Position numbers and translations under genes: made by a program
NCBI GenBank assembly: GCA_963769935.1
Contig: CAVYNY010000020.1
Coordinates: 352,001-416,000, forward strand
DNA: 64,000 bases
Direction of reading: 5' to 3'
Origin: an uncultured delta proteobacterium
Lineage (GTDB): Bacteria; Desulfobacterota; Desulfobacteria; Desulfobacterales; JAFDCJ01
In this document: in pieces, positions 9,635-18,303 of the stretch
Layout: each line of letters starts with the position of its first letter
Position numbering within the stretch: position 1 is the stretch's first letter
Notes under the pieces: generated by a model
The model's database searches: none
Told to the model about the DNA's origin: nothing
Seen by the model: only the letters and a program-made list of their open reading frames with translations

Positions 9635-10370
9635 ATGATCAAGCGTGCTCTGACAGGAATCGGTTTGCTCGTCTGTATCTGGCTCTTAGCCGGATGTGCC
9701 GAGGTAGTGGTTCCCGGAACGCTTGCCGGAGGGGGAGAGGTTTATCGATATACGACAGACAATGTCGCTAAAAGGACATTCGTGAGTAATGTCAGCCAGG
9801 TCACGGCGGCCGCTCGCGGGGCGCTGAAAAAAATGAATATTCAATATCTTTCGACTAAGCCCCGGGGTTTCCGAAACCGAAATGAGCGCTTCAACCGATG
9901 AGCTGGATATTACGATAACCCTGACACCGATTACCACCACCGCCACCAAGGTCTATGTGAATGCGGTAAAAGACCGCGTGTTCAAGGACAAAGCCACAGC
10001 GGCTGAAATTCTATACCAGATCTCTCTGGAGTTGGACCACGGTTCCGCACCGGACACCGCCCTCCCCAAGGTTTTCGCCAAGAATGACTGCCTGCGCGCC
10101 ATCGATATCGTCGTGTACTATCTGGACGGTAATAATGGACCCGAATCCTGGGAAACCCGCGGCTGGTTCAGCATAGAGCCGGGCCAAAAAAAACACGTTG
10201 CCGATACCCTCAACCGATATATTTATTTTTACGGCGAGATGCACTCTGTGAGAAAAAGGATCTGGACCGGAGATTATCCGCAATGGTTTGAAGGAAAGAC
10301 CTATAACTTTTTCAAGGTGGACATGGGAACGCGTCTGGTGGATTACACACAGGCGTTCGGCTGCGAATAG
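9635..10370 (+). pseudogene. Lipoprotein (DUF3568-like N-terminal part, DUF1036-like C-terminal domain) split by a +1 frameshift near 9868
   Basis: Lipobox LAGC in ORF 9635-9901. Removing one base from CCCCGGGGTTT joins it to ORF 9882-10370 (KPRGSETEMSAST...), giving about 244 aa. The C-terminus has WETRGWFSIEPG...YIYFYGE. Could be a sequencing error. Confidence 0.65.
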
Positions 10371-10444
10371 GTTTGTTTCCCACTAATAAATTAGAGGAGT
10401 CGAACTTGAGGCACAAATTATAGTTGAGTTTTCGAATAAAACTT

Positions 10445-10505
10445 TCCAAGCACCAGATAACAAACAATATCCGAATCCCAAGCTCCCATAATCCAAACCG
10501 GTTTT
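10445..10505. repeat. Single arm of the CAAATnn heptamer element family
   Basis: TCCAAGCACCAGATAACAAACAATATCCGAATCCCAAG resembles the left arms at 38531 and 55817. Confidence 0.55.
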
Positions 10506-10524
10506 GCAAATCGGATATAGGCCA

Positions 10525-11319
10525 CTAACTTACAGCCGCACCCTCAATCATGACGGTGAGCATCGAGACCGAACCGCCGTCGAAACCTTCGACCGGGAAC
10601 CTGACTTGGTCCCCACCTTTCCTGAGAGCAATAATATAGAGCAGCGGCAGATAGTGGTCCGGTGTGGGGGCGCTCAGCATGGCATCCTGACCCAGGCTCT
10701 CGTAGTTGATAAGCGGCGCATCTTCCTCTGAGAGCAGCAGTTCTCGTGCCTTTTTTTCGAACCGAATCGCCCAATCCAGCGGCCGGACGCCGCTTCGGCC
10801 CCAGGCGTAGGCATGCAGGTTGTGCACCAGGTTGCCGCTGCCGACAATCAGCACCCCTTCCTCCCGTAGAGGCGACAGGCGTTTTCCAAGCAGAAAGTGA
10901 AAATCGGCCGGCTGTGTCTTATCGATGCTGAGCTGCACCACCGGAATGTCGGCTCCGGGAAAGACATGGCACAACACGGACCAGGTTCCGTGATCCAGGC
11001 CCCAGCGTTCGTCGGGCTGCACATTAAGCGGAGAAAGCAATTTTTGGATATGCAGCGCCAGGTCCGGATCACCGGCGGCAGGATATTGAACCCGGTAAAG
11101 CTCCGGCGGAAAACCGCCGAAATCATGGATCGTTTGCGGGGCGGGCATTGCAGTGACCCTGGTGGCCGCTATATACCAGTGGGCGGAAATAGAAAGCACG
11201 GCTTTGGGTCGCGGCAGACCGGCACCGATGGCAGCCCACCCCCGCGAATATTCATTGTCGAGCAGCGCGTTCATCGGATTGCCGTGTCCGAAAAATATGA
11301 TCGGCATAAGTTTTGCCAT
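10525..11319 (-). CDS. ygiD: Extradiol ring-cleavage dioxygenase, 4,5-DOPA dioxygenase (LigB family)
   Basis: FFGHGNPMNAL, ISAHW, TIHDFGGFP, WGLDHGTW, GSGNLVHNL, PTPDHYLPL. Confidence 0.92.
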   Translation of the reverse strand: MAKLMPIIFFGHGNPMNALLDNEYSRGWAAIGAGLPRPKAVLSISAHWYIAATRVTAMPAPQTIHDFGGFPPELYRVQYPAAGDPDLALHIQKLLSPLNVQPDERWGLDHGTWSVLCHVFPGADIPVVQLSIDKTQPADFHFLLGKRLSPLREEGVLIVGSGNLVHNLHAYAWGRSGVRPLDWAIRFEKKARELLLSEEDAPLINYESLGQDAMLSAPTPDHYLPLLYIIALRKGGDQVRFPVEGFDGGSVSMLTVMIEGAAVS

Positions 11320-11995
11320 AATTTTGCTCCCCTATTCCGGAACGGTCAGGCGCTTTTAGATTCACCCAATTAGCCGAAACCCGCTGAATCAGTTCCGGCC
11401 AGATTTCGGAGGATTTGCGGTCGAAAAGGGTTTCGTCATCGGCTTCCAAAACGTGCCAGCCTCCACTATCGCACTCAAATTCAAGCTGTTGGGCAGCCCA
11501 ACCGGCATAGCCCGCGAAAATCCGAAACCTGTCGCTTTTGCCCGGCTTTTTGATTAAGCGCTGCAGCACGCTCTGGCTCGTGCTGAGGTAGACATCTCCA
11601 AACACCGGGGTGGAATCTTCCGGCGCGCTTTCCGATTTTGCGAGAAGCAGTATTCCGCCGGGTTCAACCGGACCACCCAGGAACAGCGTTTCATCACTGC
11701 GGTCCAATTCCTTGATATTCGGAAATACTGCCGAAAGCTTTAGCTGCAGCGGCCGATTAATCACCAGCCCCATGGCACCGTCAGGTCCGTAGCGGAGGAG
11801 AAGCACAACCGTTTCACGGAAATTCGGGTCAATCAGCTGGCGGTCAGCCACCAGAAACTTTCCCTGCGCCAATTCCTTCTCAGCCTTCTGGCCGCCGGGA
11901 GCCGGCAAAGCAAAAAGCCTCATTGGATGTCCGTAAATTTTCCGGACGAGGGTTGCTGAAACCATAGATGAACTCACCAAAAGCAGGATCGGCAA
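11252..11995 (-). CDS. YqgE/AlgH (DUF179) family protein with hydrophobic N-terminal extension
   Basis: FLVA...DPNFRETVVLL, GAMGLVINRP, LGGPVE, FAGYAGWAAQQLE..GGW. Start uncertain; 3' end overlaps the ygiD start by 68 nt. Confidence 0.85.
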   Translation of the reverse strand: MPILLLVSSSMVSATLVRKIYGHPMRLFALPAPGGQKAEKELAQGKFLVADRQLIDPNFRETVVLLLRYGPDGAMGLVINRPLQLKLSAVFPNIKELDRSDETLFLGGPVEPGGILLLAKSESAPEDSTPVFGDVYLSTSQSVLQRLIKKPGKSDRFRIFAGYAGWAAQQLEFECDSGGWHVLEADDETLFDRKSSEIWPELIQRVSANWVNLKAPDRSGIGEQNYGKTYADHIFRTRQSDERAARQ

Positions 11996-12137
11996 AACCA
12001 GGATAATCGCAGGCCAAGAATTTAAGAAACGTAAAGGTCCCGGCGGGTTTTTTTGTACGGCAGCATTCAGTCAGACCACCTCCCTATTTATTTGCCCGGC
12101 AACAAGACTCGTCATTTCGCGCCAAAGAAATCGGAAT

Positions 12138-12188
12138 CGGGCGCCTCAACGCCTAAAATTGTGAACCTATTTTTTCGTGAGCCCTAAG
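12138..12188. mobile_element. Right end of MITE-like element family A
   Basis: CGGGCGCCTCAACGCCTAAAATTGTGAACCTATTTTTTCGTGAGCCCTAAG matches the right end of 15510-15671. Confidence 0.8.
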
Positions 12189-12335
12189 AATAAATTGGGG
12201 ATGACTTTTTAAATATCAAGGTCCGGCATAAATTTTTGTCGGGCGAGCGGAAATTGGCGGTTTCTTAGCCGTTTACTAATGCGGCCATAATTTACCGGGA
12301 AGATTTTAACAAATTGCCGTTTGAATTTGTTCGGT

Positions 12336-14558
12336 CTACACGGACAAAAGCTTTTTAACCTGTCCGGCAACCTTGACCACGGCCACCGAGCATTCCGAGC
12401 GTCCGACTATCTGGGATGAGAAGGAGCCCACGGCCACCCGCTCCAGCAGGCCGACCTTGGTGGTTCCCACGATGAGCAGATCAAATTCAGTGGAGCGCTT
12501 CACCAAATACTCCAGGGGTTGGTCGGAACTGGCCAGTTCGATGCGATACAGGGCCCGGGCTGCATGCCGTTGGATAGCTTCGGTCAGAATCCTGCCGGAG
12601 TGGAATTTTTGGTCGCCGGTATAATTGACCGGTAGGACATTCAGAAAGGTGATTTCCCCGCCGTAGCGGTCGGCCACGGCACCGGCCAGCCGGACGATCA
12701 GGTTGAGATTCAGGCTGCTTCCCAGTGAGACCGCGATACGCTTGGGCGCAAACTCGCCTCGGAGCTTTAAAAGAATGGTGTCGGTGCGTGCGTGGCTGAG
12801 AACCTCTTCGATAAGCTGGAGGGATCGGGGCGCTTCCGTGCCCGCATAGCCCATGACAATCAGGTTGCAGCCCTCCTCTTCAGCCGCATGTACAATCCCC
12901 TTGGCCAGGTTGCGGGAAACGCGTACTACCGGTTTGAGCCGGACGCGGTCGAGTTTGGGCAGGTTGGTGCTGCGATCCAGTATTTGAAGGGAGTCCTCGG
13001 CGCTGCCCAGGGCCGAGTAGAAATCCATTTGATTCGGGGTTTCGACCACGGTCAGCACCACGATTTCTCCCCCATGATCGGTCAGGAGCGCATCGGACAT
13101 GCCGAAAAGGGCCGATTGGGTCTGTGGATTGGCCATGGGAACCAGGATTCTCGAACCACCGTGAAACATCGAACTTTGTTCCTGGGTGAGCACTACACTC
13201 ATGCCGGTCCGGGATCGGATTTCTCGTCTGCGGGAGTAGAACAGGTAGATGAAACAACCGATCGCGGTCAGCTGCAATCCGAAGAGAATGGAAACCCAGT
13301 CGATGGTCAAAAGCAGGCCCAGGTTGGCGATAAATGCCAGCTCGGGAATATAGCGTCTGATCCGGCCGGCGGGTGCCGCAGTTTCGGACTTGCGATAGAG
13401 TTGGCGCAGGGCCAGGGAGATCGGCAGCAGAGAGGCCAAAAAGCAAAAATTGGCGGATTTGACGATGAATGTCAGATCGGCCGATATCAGGGCGGCGGCG
13501 GTGAGGATCGCTCCGGCCCACAGGGCGGCCGTCGGCGTCCGGTAGGTTGCATGGATCCTGCCGACGATGTCGGGTAAAAACCGGTCTTTGCCCATGGCAA
13601 AGATTTGCCTGGCCTGGGCCATCAGGGTGCTGTTCAAGGCGGCGGCGGATGCCAGAACCCCACCCAGAACAACCAGCAGCCACCCGGTACGGCCGAGGCC
13701 GGTCACCGCGACGTCAACCAGCGGTGCTTTCGATCTGGCCAGTGTTTCCCACGGCACCACCATGACGGAAACCAGGGCCACCGCGATATAGAATATGAGG
13801 CTGATGATCATTGCCAACATCATCGCCCTGGCAACCGTTCGGGTGGGATCGACGATTTCCTCGGCGTTGTTGGCAATCAGTTGATAGCCGAAAAAGGAGA
13901 CGTAGATGATGGCGATTGCCCCGCCCACGCCCCCGATGCCTCTGGGGAACATGGGTTTGAGATGCCCGGGGTCGGCGCTGGGCAGTGAGAAAATAATCAG
14001 AATCAAAAGTACCGCCAGGTTGCCCCAGGTGAAGATCTTTTGCAGTCGATCCCCCTTTTTGGTACCCCCGCAGTTGGACAGGGTCAGCACGGCGATGATT
14101 GCCACGGCGATACCTTTTAAAACAGCATTCGGAACAGCGCTGCCGGCAATAGAAGCCAGGTAATACGCAAAACCGGTGGCATATATGGCACAGGCGAAGA
14201 TGCTGCCTAGGGCCAGCAGCCAGCCGGTGATAAAGCCCCAAAAACTGCCGATGGCGTTGTAGGCATAGGCATAGCCGCCGCCGGTTACAGGCACCCTGCG
14301 GGAAAGCTCTCCGAACATGAGAACGGACAGAATGCTGAGCAGCCCGCAAATCAGGTAAGAAAGCCAGGCCCCCGGCCCGACTTCACCGGCAGCAAGTCCG
14401 ATAAGGACGTATATGCCGGCCCCCATAAGAGCGCCGACTCCCAGCGTGGTGGCCCCGAGCAGGCCCATGGTGCGTTCGAAACGCACGGGTACGATCTTGC
14501 GTTTGAATATTTCGTGAAGGTTTTCCGGCACCGGTTTTCTCCCTGGCAATATGCTCAA
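12336..14558 (-). CDS. APC family amino acid permease with two C-terminal universal-stress-protein-like domains
   Basis: GVGALMGAGIYVL, ELSRRVPVTGGGY, about 12 TM; then RILVPMANP...LIVMG and RIAVSLG...DLLIVG USP-like repeats. Confidence 0.9.
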   Translation of the reverse strand: MSILPGRKPVPENLHEIFKRKIVPVRFERTMGLLGATTLGVGALMGAGIYVLIGLAAGEVGPGAWLSYLICGLLSILSVLMFGELSRRVPVTGGGYAYAYNAIGSFWGFITGWLLALGSIFACAIYATGFAYYLASIAGSAVPNAVLKGIAVAIIAVLTLSNCGGTKKGDRLQKIFTWGNLAVLLILIIFSLPSADPGHLKPMFPRGIGGVGGAIAIIYVSFFGYQLIANNAEEIVDPTRTVARAMMLAMIISLIFYIAVALVSVMVVPWETLARSKAPLVDVAVTGLGRTGWLLVVLGGVLASAAALNSTLMAQARQIFAMGKDRFLPDIVGRIHATYRTPTAALWAGAILTAAALISADLTFIVKSANFCFLASLLPISLALRQLYRKSETAAPAGRIRRYIPELAFIANLGLLLTIDWVSILFGLQLTAIGCFIYLFYSRRREIRSRTGMSVVLTQEQSSMFHGGSRILVPMANPQTQSALFGMSDALLTDHGGEIVVLTVVETPNQMDFYSALGSAEDSLQILDRSTNLPKLDRVRLKPVVRVSRNLAKGIVHAAEEEGCNLIVMGYAGTEAPRSLQLIEEVLSHARTDTILLKLRGEFAPKRIAVSLGSSLNLNLIVRLAGAVADRYGGEITFLNVLPVNYTGDQKFHSGRILTEAIQRHAARALYRIELASSDQPLEYLVKRSTEFDLLIVGTTKVGLLERVAVGSFSSQIVGRSECSVAVVKVAGQVKKLLSV

Positions 14559-14840
14559 TATACCACGGCCGGGCGCGCAGCAACAGTGAAATTATTTCAC
14601 CCGCGGCAGGTTATATTTTCTATTTAAAGATATTTTATCCCCGGCGATTCAGCGTGCAAGAAGCCTTTTACGCCAGTCTGGTTGAGTTGGTCAAAGTCGT
14701 CATCATCATCATCATCGGTCTGCCGTTCATCCTGGTTGCGGCCGGCGGGATTTGGCTGCTGTGCGGTTTGAAGAAAGATGGAAGGTAGGATTTATACCAT
14801 TGCAAGATTGCCCATGCCCGGTCAAGGGCCTTACGGAGGT

Positions 14841-14913
14841 CTCCCAAATCTGCGCATAGGCACCAACTTAATTATTGTCTTTTTTAAGTCGAGGCCTATG
14901 CGCTCTGCGGGAG
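14841..14913. repeat. Imperfect 30-bp inverted repeat
   Basis: CTCCCAAATCTGCGCATAGGCACCAACTTAA ... TTAAGTCGAGGCCTATGCGCTCTGCGGGAG. Confidence 0.65.
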
Positions 14914-14981
14914 GCGCGCTTACGTTGTCGCTCCCTATTGATTCAGTCAATAAGGGAAGACTCAGTTATCTGCGTTATCTC

Positions 14982-15320
14982 TTACTCCTTTTTCATGGGC
15001 GCCTTTTCTTTCATCATCGTTTCGCCATCTTTTTTCATGGACGTGTCTTTTTCCATCATCGTATCGCCTTCCTTTTTCATGGGCGCCTCTTCCTTCATCA
15101 TCGTTTCACCCTCCTTTTTCATGGGCGCCTCTTCCTTCATCATCGTATCGCCTTCCTTTTTCATGGGCGCTGCTTCTTTCGTCATCGTCTTGCCTTCACT
15201 CTGTATCGCGCCCTCCGATTTCATTGTCTTTTGCGCTGCCTGAAGATGCGTATTACCGATTGAGAGCATCAAAAAGCAGGCGAATCCAGCCAGCAACATC
15301 GATAAGCATATCTTTTTCAT
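14982..15320 (-). CDS. Secreted Met/Lys/Glu-rich repeat protein (MXKDX-pentapeptide-like), 14-aa tandem repeats
   Basis: Signal peptide MKKICLSMLLAGFACFLMLSIG, GGAG RBS, about five copies of TMMKEEAPMKKEG(D/E) (42-nt period). Confidence 0.8.
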   Translation of the reverse strand: MKKICLSMLLAGFACFLMLSIGNTHLQAAQKTMKSEGAIQSEGKTMTKEAAPMKKEGDTMMKEEAPMKKEGETMMKEEAPMKKEGDTMMEKDTSMKKDGETMMKEKAPMKKE

Positions 15321-15376
15321 GATTTTATCTCCTTTCCATTTCCAAATAAATGACCGATATTTTATCGCGCCTCAGC

Positions 15377-15412
15377 ATGACAATAGTTAGATAATGTCAC
15401 GAAACTATCACG
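15377..15412. promoter_or_regulatory. Candidate response-regulator binding site upstream of the Met-rich gene
   Basis: TGTCACG-N4-TATCACG direct repeat with 11-nt period (15395, 15406) plus an inverted TGACA at 15378; OmpR/PhoB-family-like spacing. Confidence 0.35.
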
Positions 15413-15509
15413 GGAATTTCATATTTTCATAACAAATGAATTTCCAGCGGGGAGCTATCGCAGAAATGATTGACTCCGGCTCTAGATATAGCGCGTCAAT
15501 TAGAAGTGC

Positions 15510-15671
15510 TTAGGGCTCACTCAAAAATAACTTCACATTTTATACGCCGCTGCATCCCACCTGGCTGCGTTGCGAAAGCTCGGAATATCCAGATATTCCT
15601 GCGTTTTCGCGCCTTGCCAGCCGGGCGCCGCAACGCCTAAAATTGTGAACTAATTTTTTCGTGAACCCTTA
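15510..15671. mobile_element. Complete MITE-like element family A (about 160 bp)
   Basis: Imperfect ~35-bp terminal inverted repeats (TTAGGGCTCACTCAAAAATAACTTCACATTTTA / TAAAATTGTGAACTAATTTTTTCGTGAACCCTTA), internal palindromes, partial copies at 5621 and 12138. Confidence 0.85.
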
Positions 15672-15770
15672 GAAAAAAAGGAATCCGGCCGGGGGGTGAA
15701 CCGGGGAGATGTGATCGGGTATGTCGGCAGCACCGGATTGGTTTCCGGCGCGCAGCTCGAATTGACGGCG
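15672..15770 (+). pseudogene. Relic of an M23 metallopeptidase C-terminus
   Basis: VNRGDVIGYVGSTGLVSGAQLEL resembles the M23 motif VxxGDVIGYVGSTGxSTGPHLH with both His residues lost; directly abuts the MITE. Confidence 0.55.
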
Positions 15771-15840
15771 GCCGTTTACTCGGAAAGTTTCAATAAAATA
15801 CCAAAGAATACCATCCAGCCTGAAATCGTCGGAAGATCGC

Positions 15841-18288
15841 TCACTTCTTTTTGGGTTGCTTGGCAGCCTGTTCGGCCTCTTCTTCAGCCTGAATGGCAGC
15901 CAGTGCCGCCGCAGCGGCGGCCTGGCGCTTGGGGTCTGTTTCGTTTTCCCCATTGTCGGTCGGACGGGCTTCACTCTCCGATCGTCCTGGACTTTGGCCG
16001 GTCTCCGGCGGCATGTACACGGTCACATTGCGATGGGCAAAGCCAATGCCCGCCTCCTTGAAGGCTTCCTGCATGAGATGGTAGACCTCTCTGCGGATGG
16101 CAAACTGGTCGCCGGGCTTGGTCTTGTATTTGATGCGCATGATCATGGCCGAGTCATCCATTTCCCGCACCCCCTGGGATTTGATCGGCTCCAGCAGTTT
16201 GGGTCCCAGCTCGGGATCCGCCGCGATAACATTGTGGACTTTCTTCTTGATGATTTTGCGTATTTTTTCAACATCGGCATCGTAGCGCACCCGAAAGTCG
16301 AGTTTCATGATCACATAGTCGCGGCTGAGGTTGGTCACCAGCTTGATGTCGCCGAAGGGAACGAAATAGACCTGGCCGCGCGGGTTGCGCAGTCTGAGGG
16401 AACGCAGCGAAATATGCTCCACCGTCCCCTTGGCACCGGCGACCTGCAGATAATCGCCGACCCGGAAGGCATCGGCCATGAGAAAGAAGACGCCCGAGAT
16501 AATGTCCTTGACCAGGGTCTGGGCGCCGAAGCCGATCGCCAGGCCGAAGACACCGGCGCCGGCGATCAGGGGACCGATGTTGACCCCCAGGGCCGATAGA
16601 ACAATCAGGGTGGCCATCACGATGATGACCACCAGCATGAACTTGCGCAGCAGCAGCAGAAGGGTGGCAATGCGCGAGCCGCCGGCGCCGCCGCCCTCGT
16701 CTTTTTCATCATCCCATTCGGCCTCCGGAATTTCCTGCCGCATCCGGCGCTGGATGGCGGCGTTGATCAGGCCCCAGGCGACGTAACAGACCAGCACGAC
16801 CACCAGAATCTTGAGGACGGTCCTGGCCACCTCTTCCCCGAGCCGGAAATCGACGTCCCAGATGCTGAGGGTCCAGAAAACCAGCAAAGCTGCCAGGGCC
16901 AGGCGCAGAGCGGTACGCAGCGGACCTTTCATGCGATCGAGCTCCAACCGGGCGCCCTGCGCGGATTTGTCTTTTGAGATTTTGCCGGCGGCCGGCGGCG
17001 CAGCTTCAGATTCGCCGTCATCTTCAGACCCGGTATGAGAAGTTTCGGCAGGCACCGTCTTTGCCTCGGGCTTGGCCGCAATACCGAAAGCCGCCTCCAG
17101 CATCAGGCACAGGAGCCAGTCCAGCAAAAAGTAAACCGGTACCATCAACAGGGTCAGGCTCGCCTGCCCGGAAGCAGTTCCCAAAATCATGTTGATGATT
17201 GTCGAAGCCAACAACACCAAAACAGCAAAGATGGCAAAATGATGCCATTTTTGGACCAGCCGATAGCGCAGGCTGGTTTCCGGCAGATCCCGGCTGAATG
17301 CGGCGGCTGCGGTTTTGCGCTTCTGCAGAATCATGCAGATGATCATCCCGACCGCAATCAAAGCGACCAGCGCAAACACCTTGATGTGCGTCAGCTCAGT
17401 GGCGCCCGCCAGGCGAATCACACCGGCAGTCAGATTGCCGAAGCAGACGACACACGTCAGCGCCATGAGCCAGCGGTGCAGATACAGCGCGGTTTCGTCG
17501 CTGAACGGCAGAAACCGCAGCGCCGGTGTACGCGGGGCCAGGAAAAACCGCAATACCAGGTAGGCGCCTTGGATGATGGCCAAGCCGGCCAGGTAAGCGG
17601 CCAAAAGGGCGCGTTGTCCTTCGGTGCGCTCCAAAAAAAGGAAAAAAAAGACCAGGGACGCAACGATGAAAATGACGATGGCTGTAAAATCCAGCACGGC
17701 CCGCATGGACAGGGCCCCGATTTTGGCGCGCCACCCGGACGGCACGGTTGATGTAATGCGGCGCCGCGCCGCCGCGGCGTAGAGCACGAACAGCCATTCG
17801 ATCAGCAGGGCGCCGGCCAGCACCGCACCGACATTCAGAATAACGCTCGCTACGGTCTTGTTTCCGCGTTTTCCTCTGCCCAGAAAGGCAAACACGCCGG
17901 ACATTTCCTGCGGGGCGCCTCTGCTGCCCGAGTGCAAAGATTCGATGCGGGTTTGCAGGGAGGCTGTCAAGTCTCTGATTTTATCGATGAAGCCCTCGAT
18001 ACCGACCGACTTGGCGCGGGTAGCCTTTTCCAGAGCCTCCCGCTGGGACTGGGCGTCGAGATCATTGAGCAGCAACCGCCGTACCTGCTCGTCACTGAGA
18101 CCGGCAAGGAAGTGATCGAGCTCTGCGGGGGTCAAGTCCTTGGGGAGGGAAATGTTTTCAGCGTTCTGGGCGGCAGCCTTTTTGTGGCTGGTCTTGAACA
18201 TCATCGGGTTTTTGGACCAGGCTGCTGTGCTCAGGCAAAGAAGGAGAAGTGCAACCCACGCGATTACTTTCAAATTTTTCGAATACAT
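15841..18288 (-). CDS. Large MscS family mechanosensitive channel with extended N-terminal membrane region
   Basis: LGVNIGPLIAGAGVFGLAIGFGAQTLVKDIISG, DAFRVGDY, GTVEHISLRS. Confidence 0.92.
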   Translation of the reverse strand: MYSKNLKVIAWVALLLLCLSTAAWSKNPMMFKTSHKKAAAQNAENISLPKDLTPAELDHFLAGLSDEQVRRLLLNDLDAQSQREALEKATRAKSVGIEGFIDKIRDLTASLQTRIESLHSGSRGAPQEMSGVFAFLGRGKRGNKTVASVILNVGAVLAGALLIEWLFVLYAAAARRRITSTVPSGWRAKIGALSMRAVLDFTAIVIFIVASLVFFFLFLERTEGQRALLAAYLAGLAIIQGAYLVLRFFLAPRTPALRFLPFSDETALYLHRWLMALTCVVCFGNLTAGVIRLAGATELTHIKVFALVALIAVGMIICMILQKRKTAAAAFSRDLPETSLRYRLVQKWHHFAIFAVLVLLASTIINMILGTASGQASLTLLMVPVYFLLDWLLCLMLEAAFGIAAKPEAKTVPAETSHTGSEDDGESEAAPPAAGKISKDKSAQGARLELDRMKGPLRTALRLALAALLVFWTLSIWDVDFRLGEEVARTVLKILVVVLVCYVAWGLINAAIQRRMRQEIPEAEWDDEKDEGGGAGGSRIATLLLLLRKFMLVVIIVMATLIVLSALGVNIGPLIAGAGVFGLAIGFGAQTLVKDIISGVFFLMADAFRVGDYLQVAGAKGTVEHISLRSLRLRNPRGQVYFVPFGDIKLVTNLSRDYVIMKLDFRVRYDADVEKIRKIIKKKVHNVIAADPELGPKLLEPIKSQGVREMDDSAMIMRIKYKTKPGDQFAIRREVYHLMQEAFKEAGIGFAHRNVTVYMPPETGQSPGRSESEARPTDNGENETDPKRQAAAAAALAAIQAEEEAEQAAKQPKKK

Positions 18289-18303
18289 CTGATGTGCCCT
18301 TAA

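Noticed and set aside
9864..9871. G GGT TTC slippery heptamer suggesting programmed -1 frameshifting
   Set aside because: The -1 frame hits TGA within a few codons; joining the two ORFs needs a +1 shift.
5621..12188. Composite transposon bounded by the left and right MITE halves
   Set aside because: The left half lies between E1 alpha and E1 beta of one operon, so the bracketed block is not a coherent cargo; no transposase or target duplication seen.
14660..14788. Short hydrophobic reading frame (LVELVKVVIIIIIGLPFILVAAGGIWLL) with an ATC triplet run
   Set aside because: No convincing start or RBS; at best a gene relic, too short to assign.
14990..15200. 42-nt periodic repeat that might look like a CRISPR array
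   Set aside because: The units are contiguous and in frame, encoding a 14-aa protein repeat; there are no unique spacers and no cas genes.
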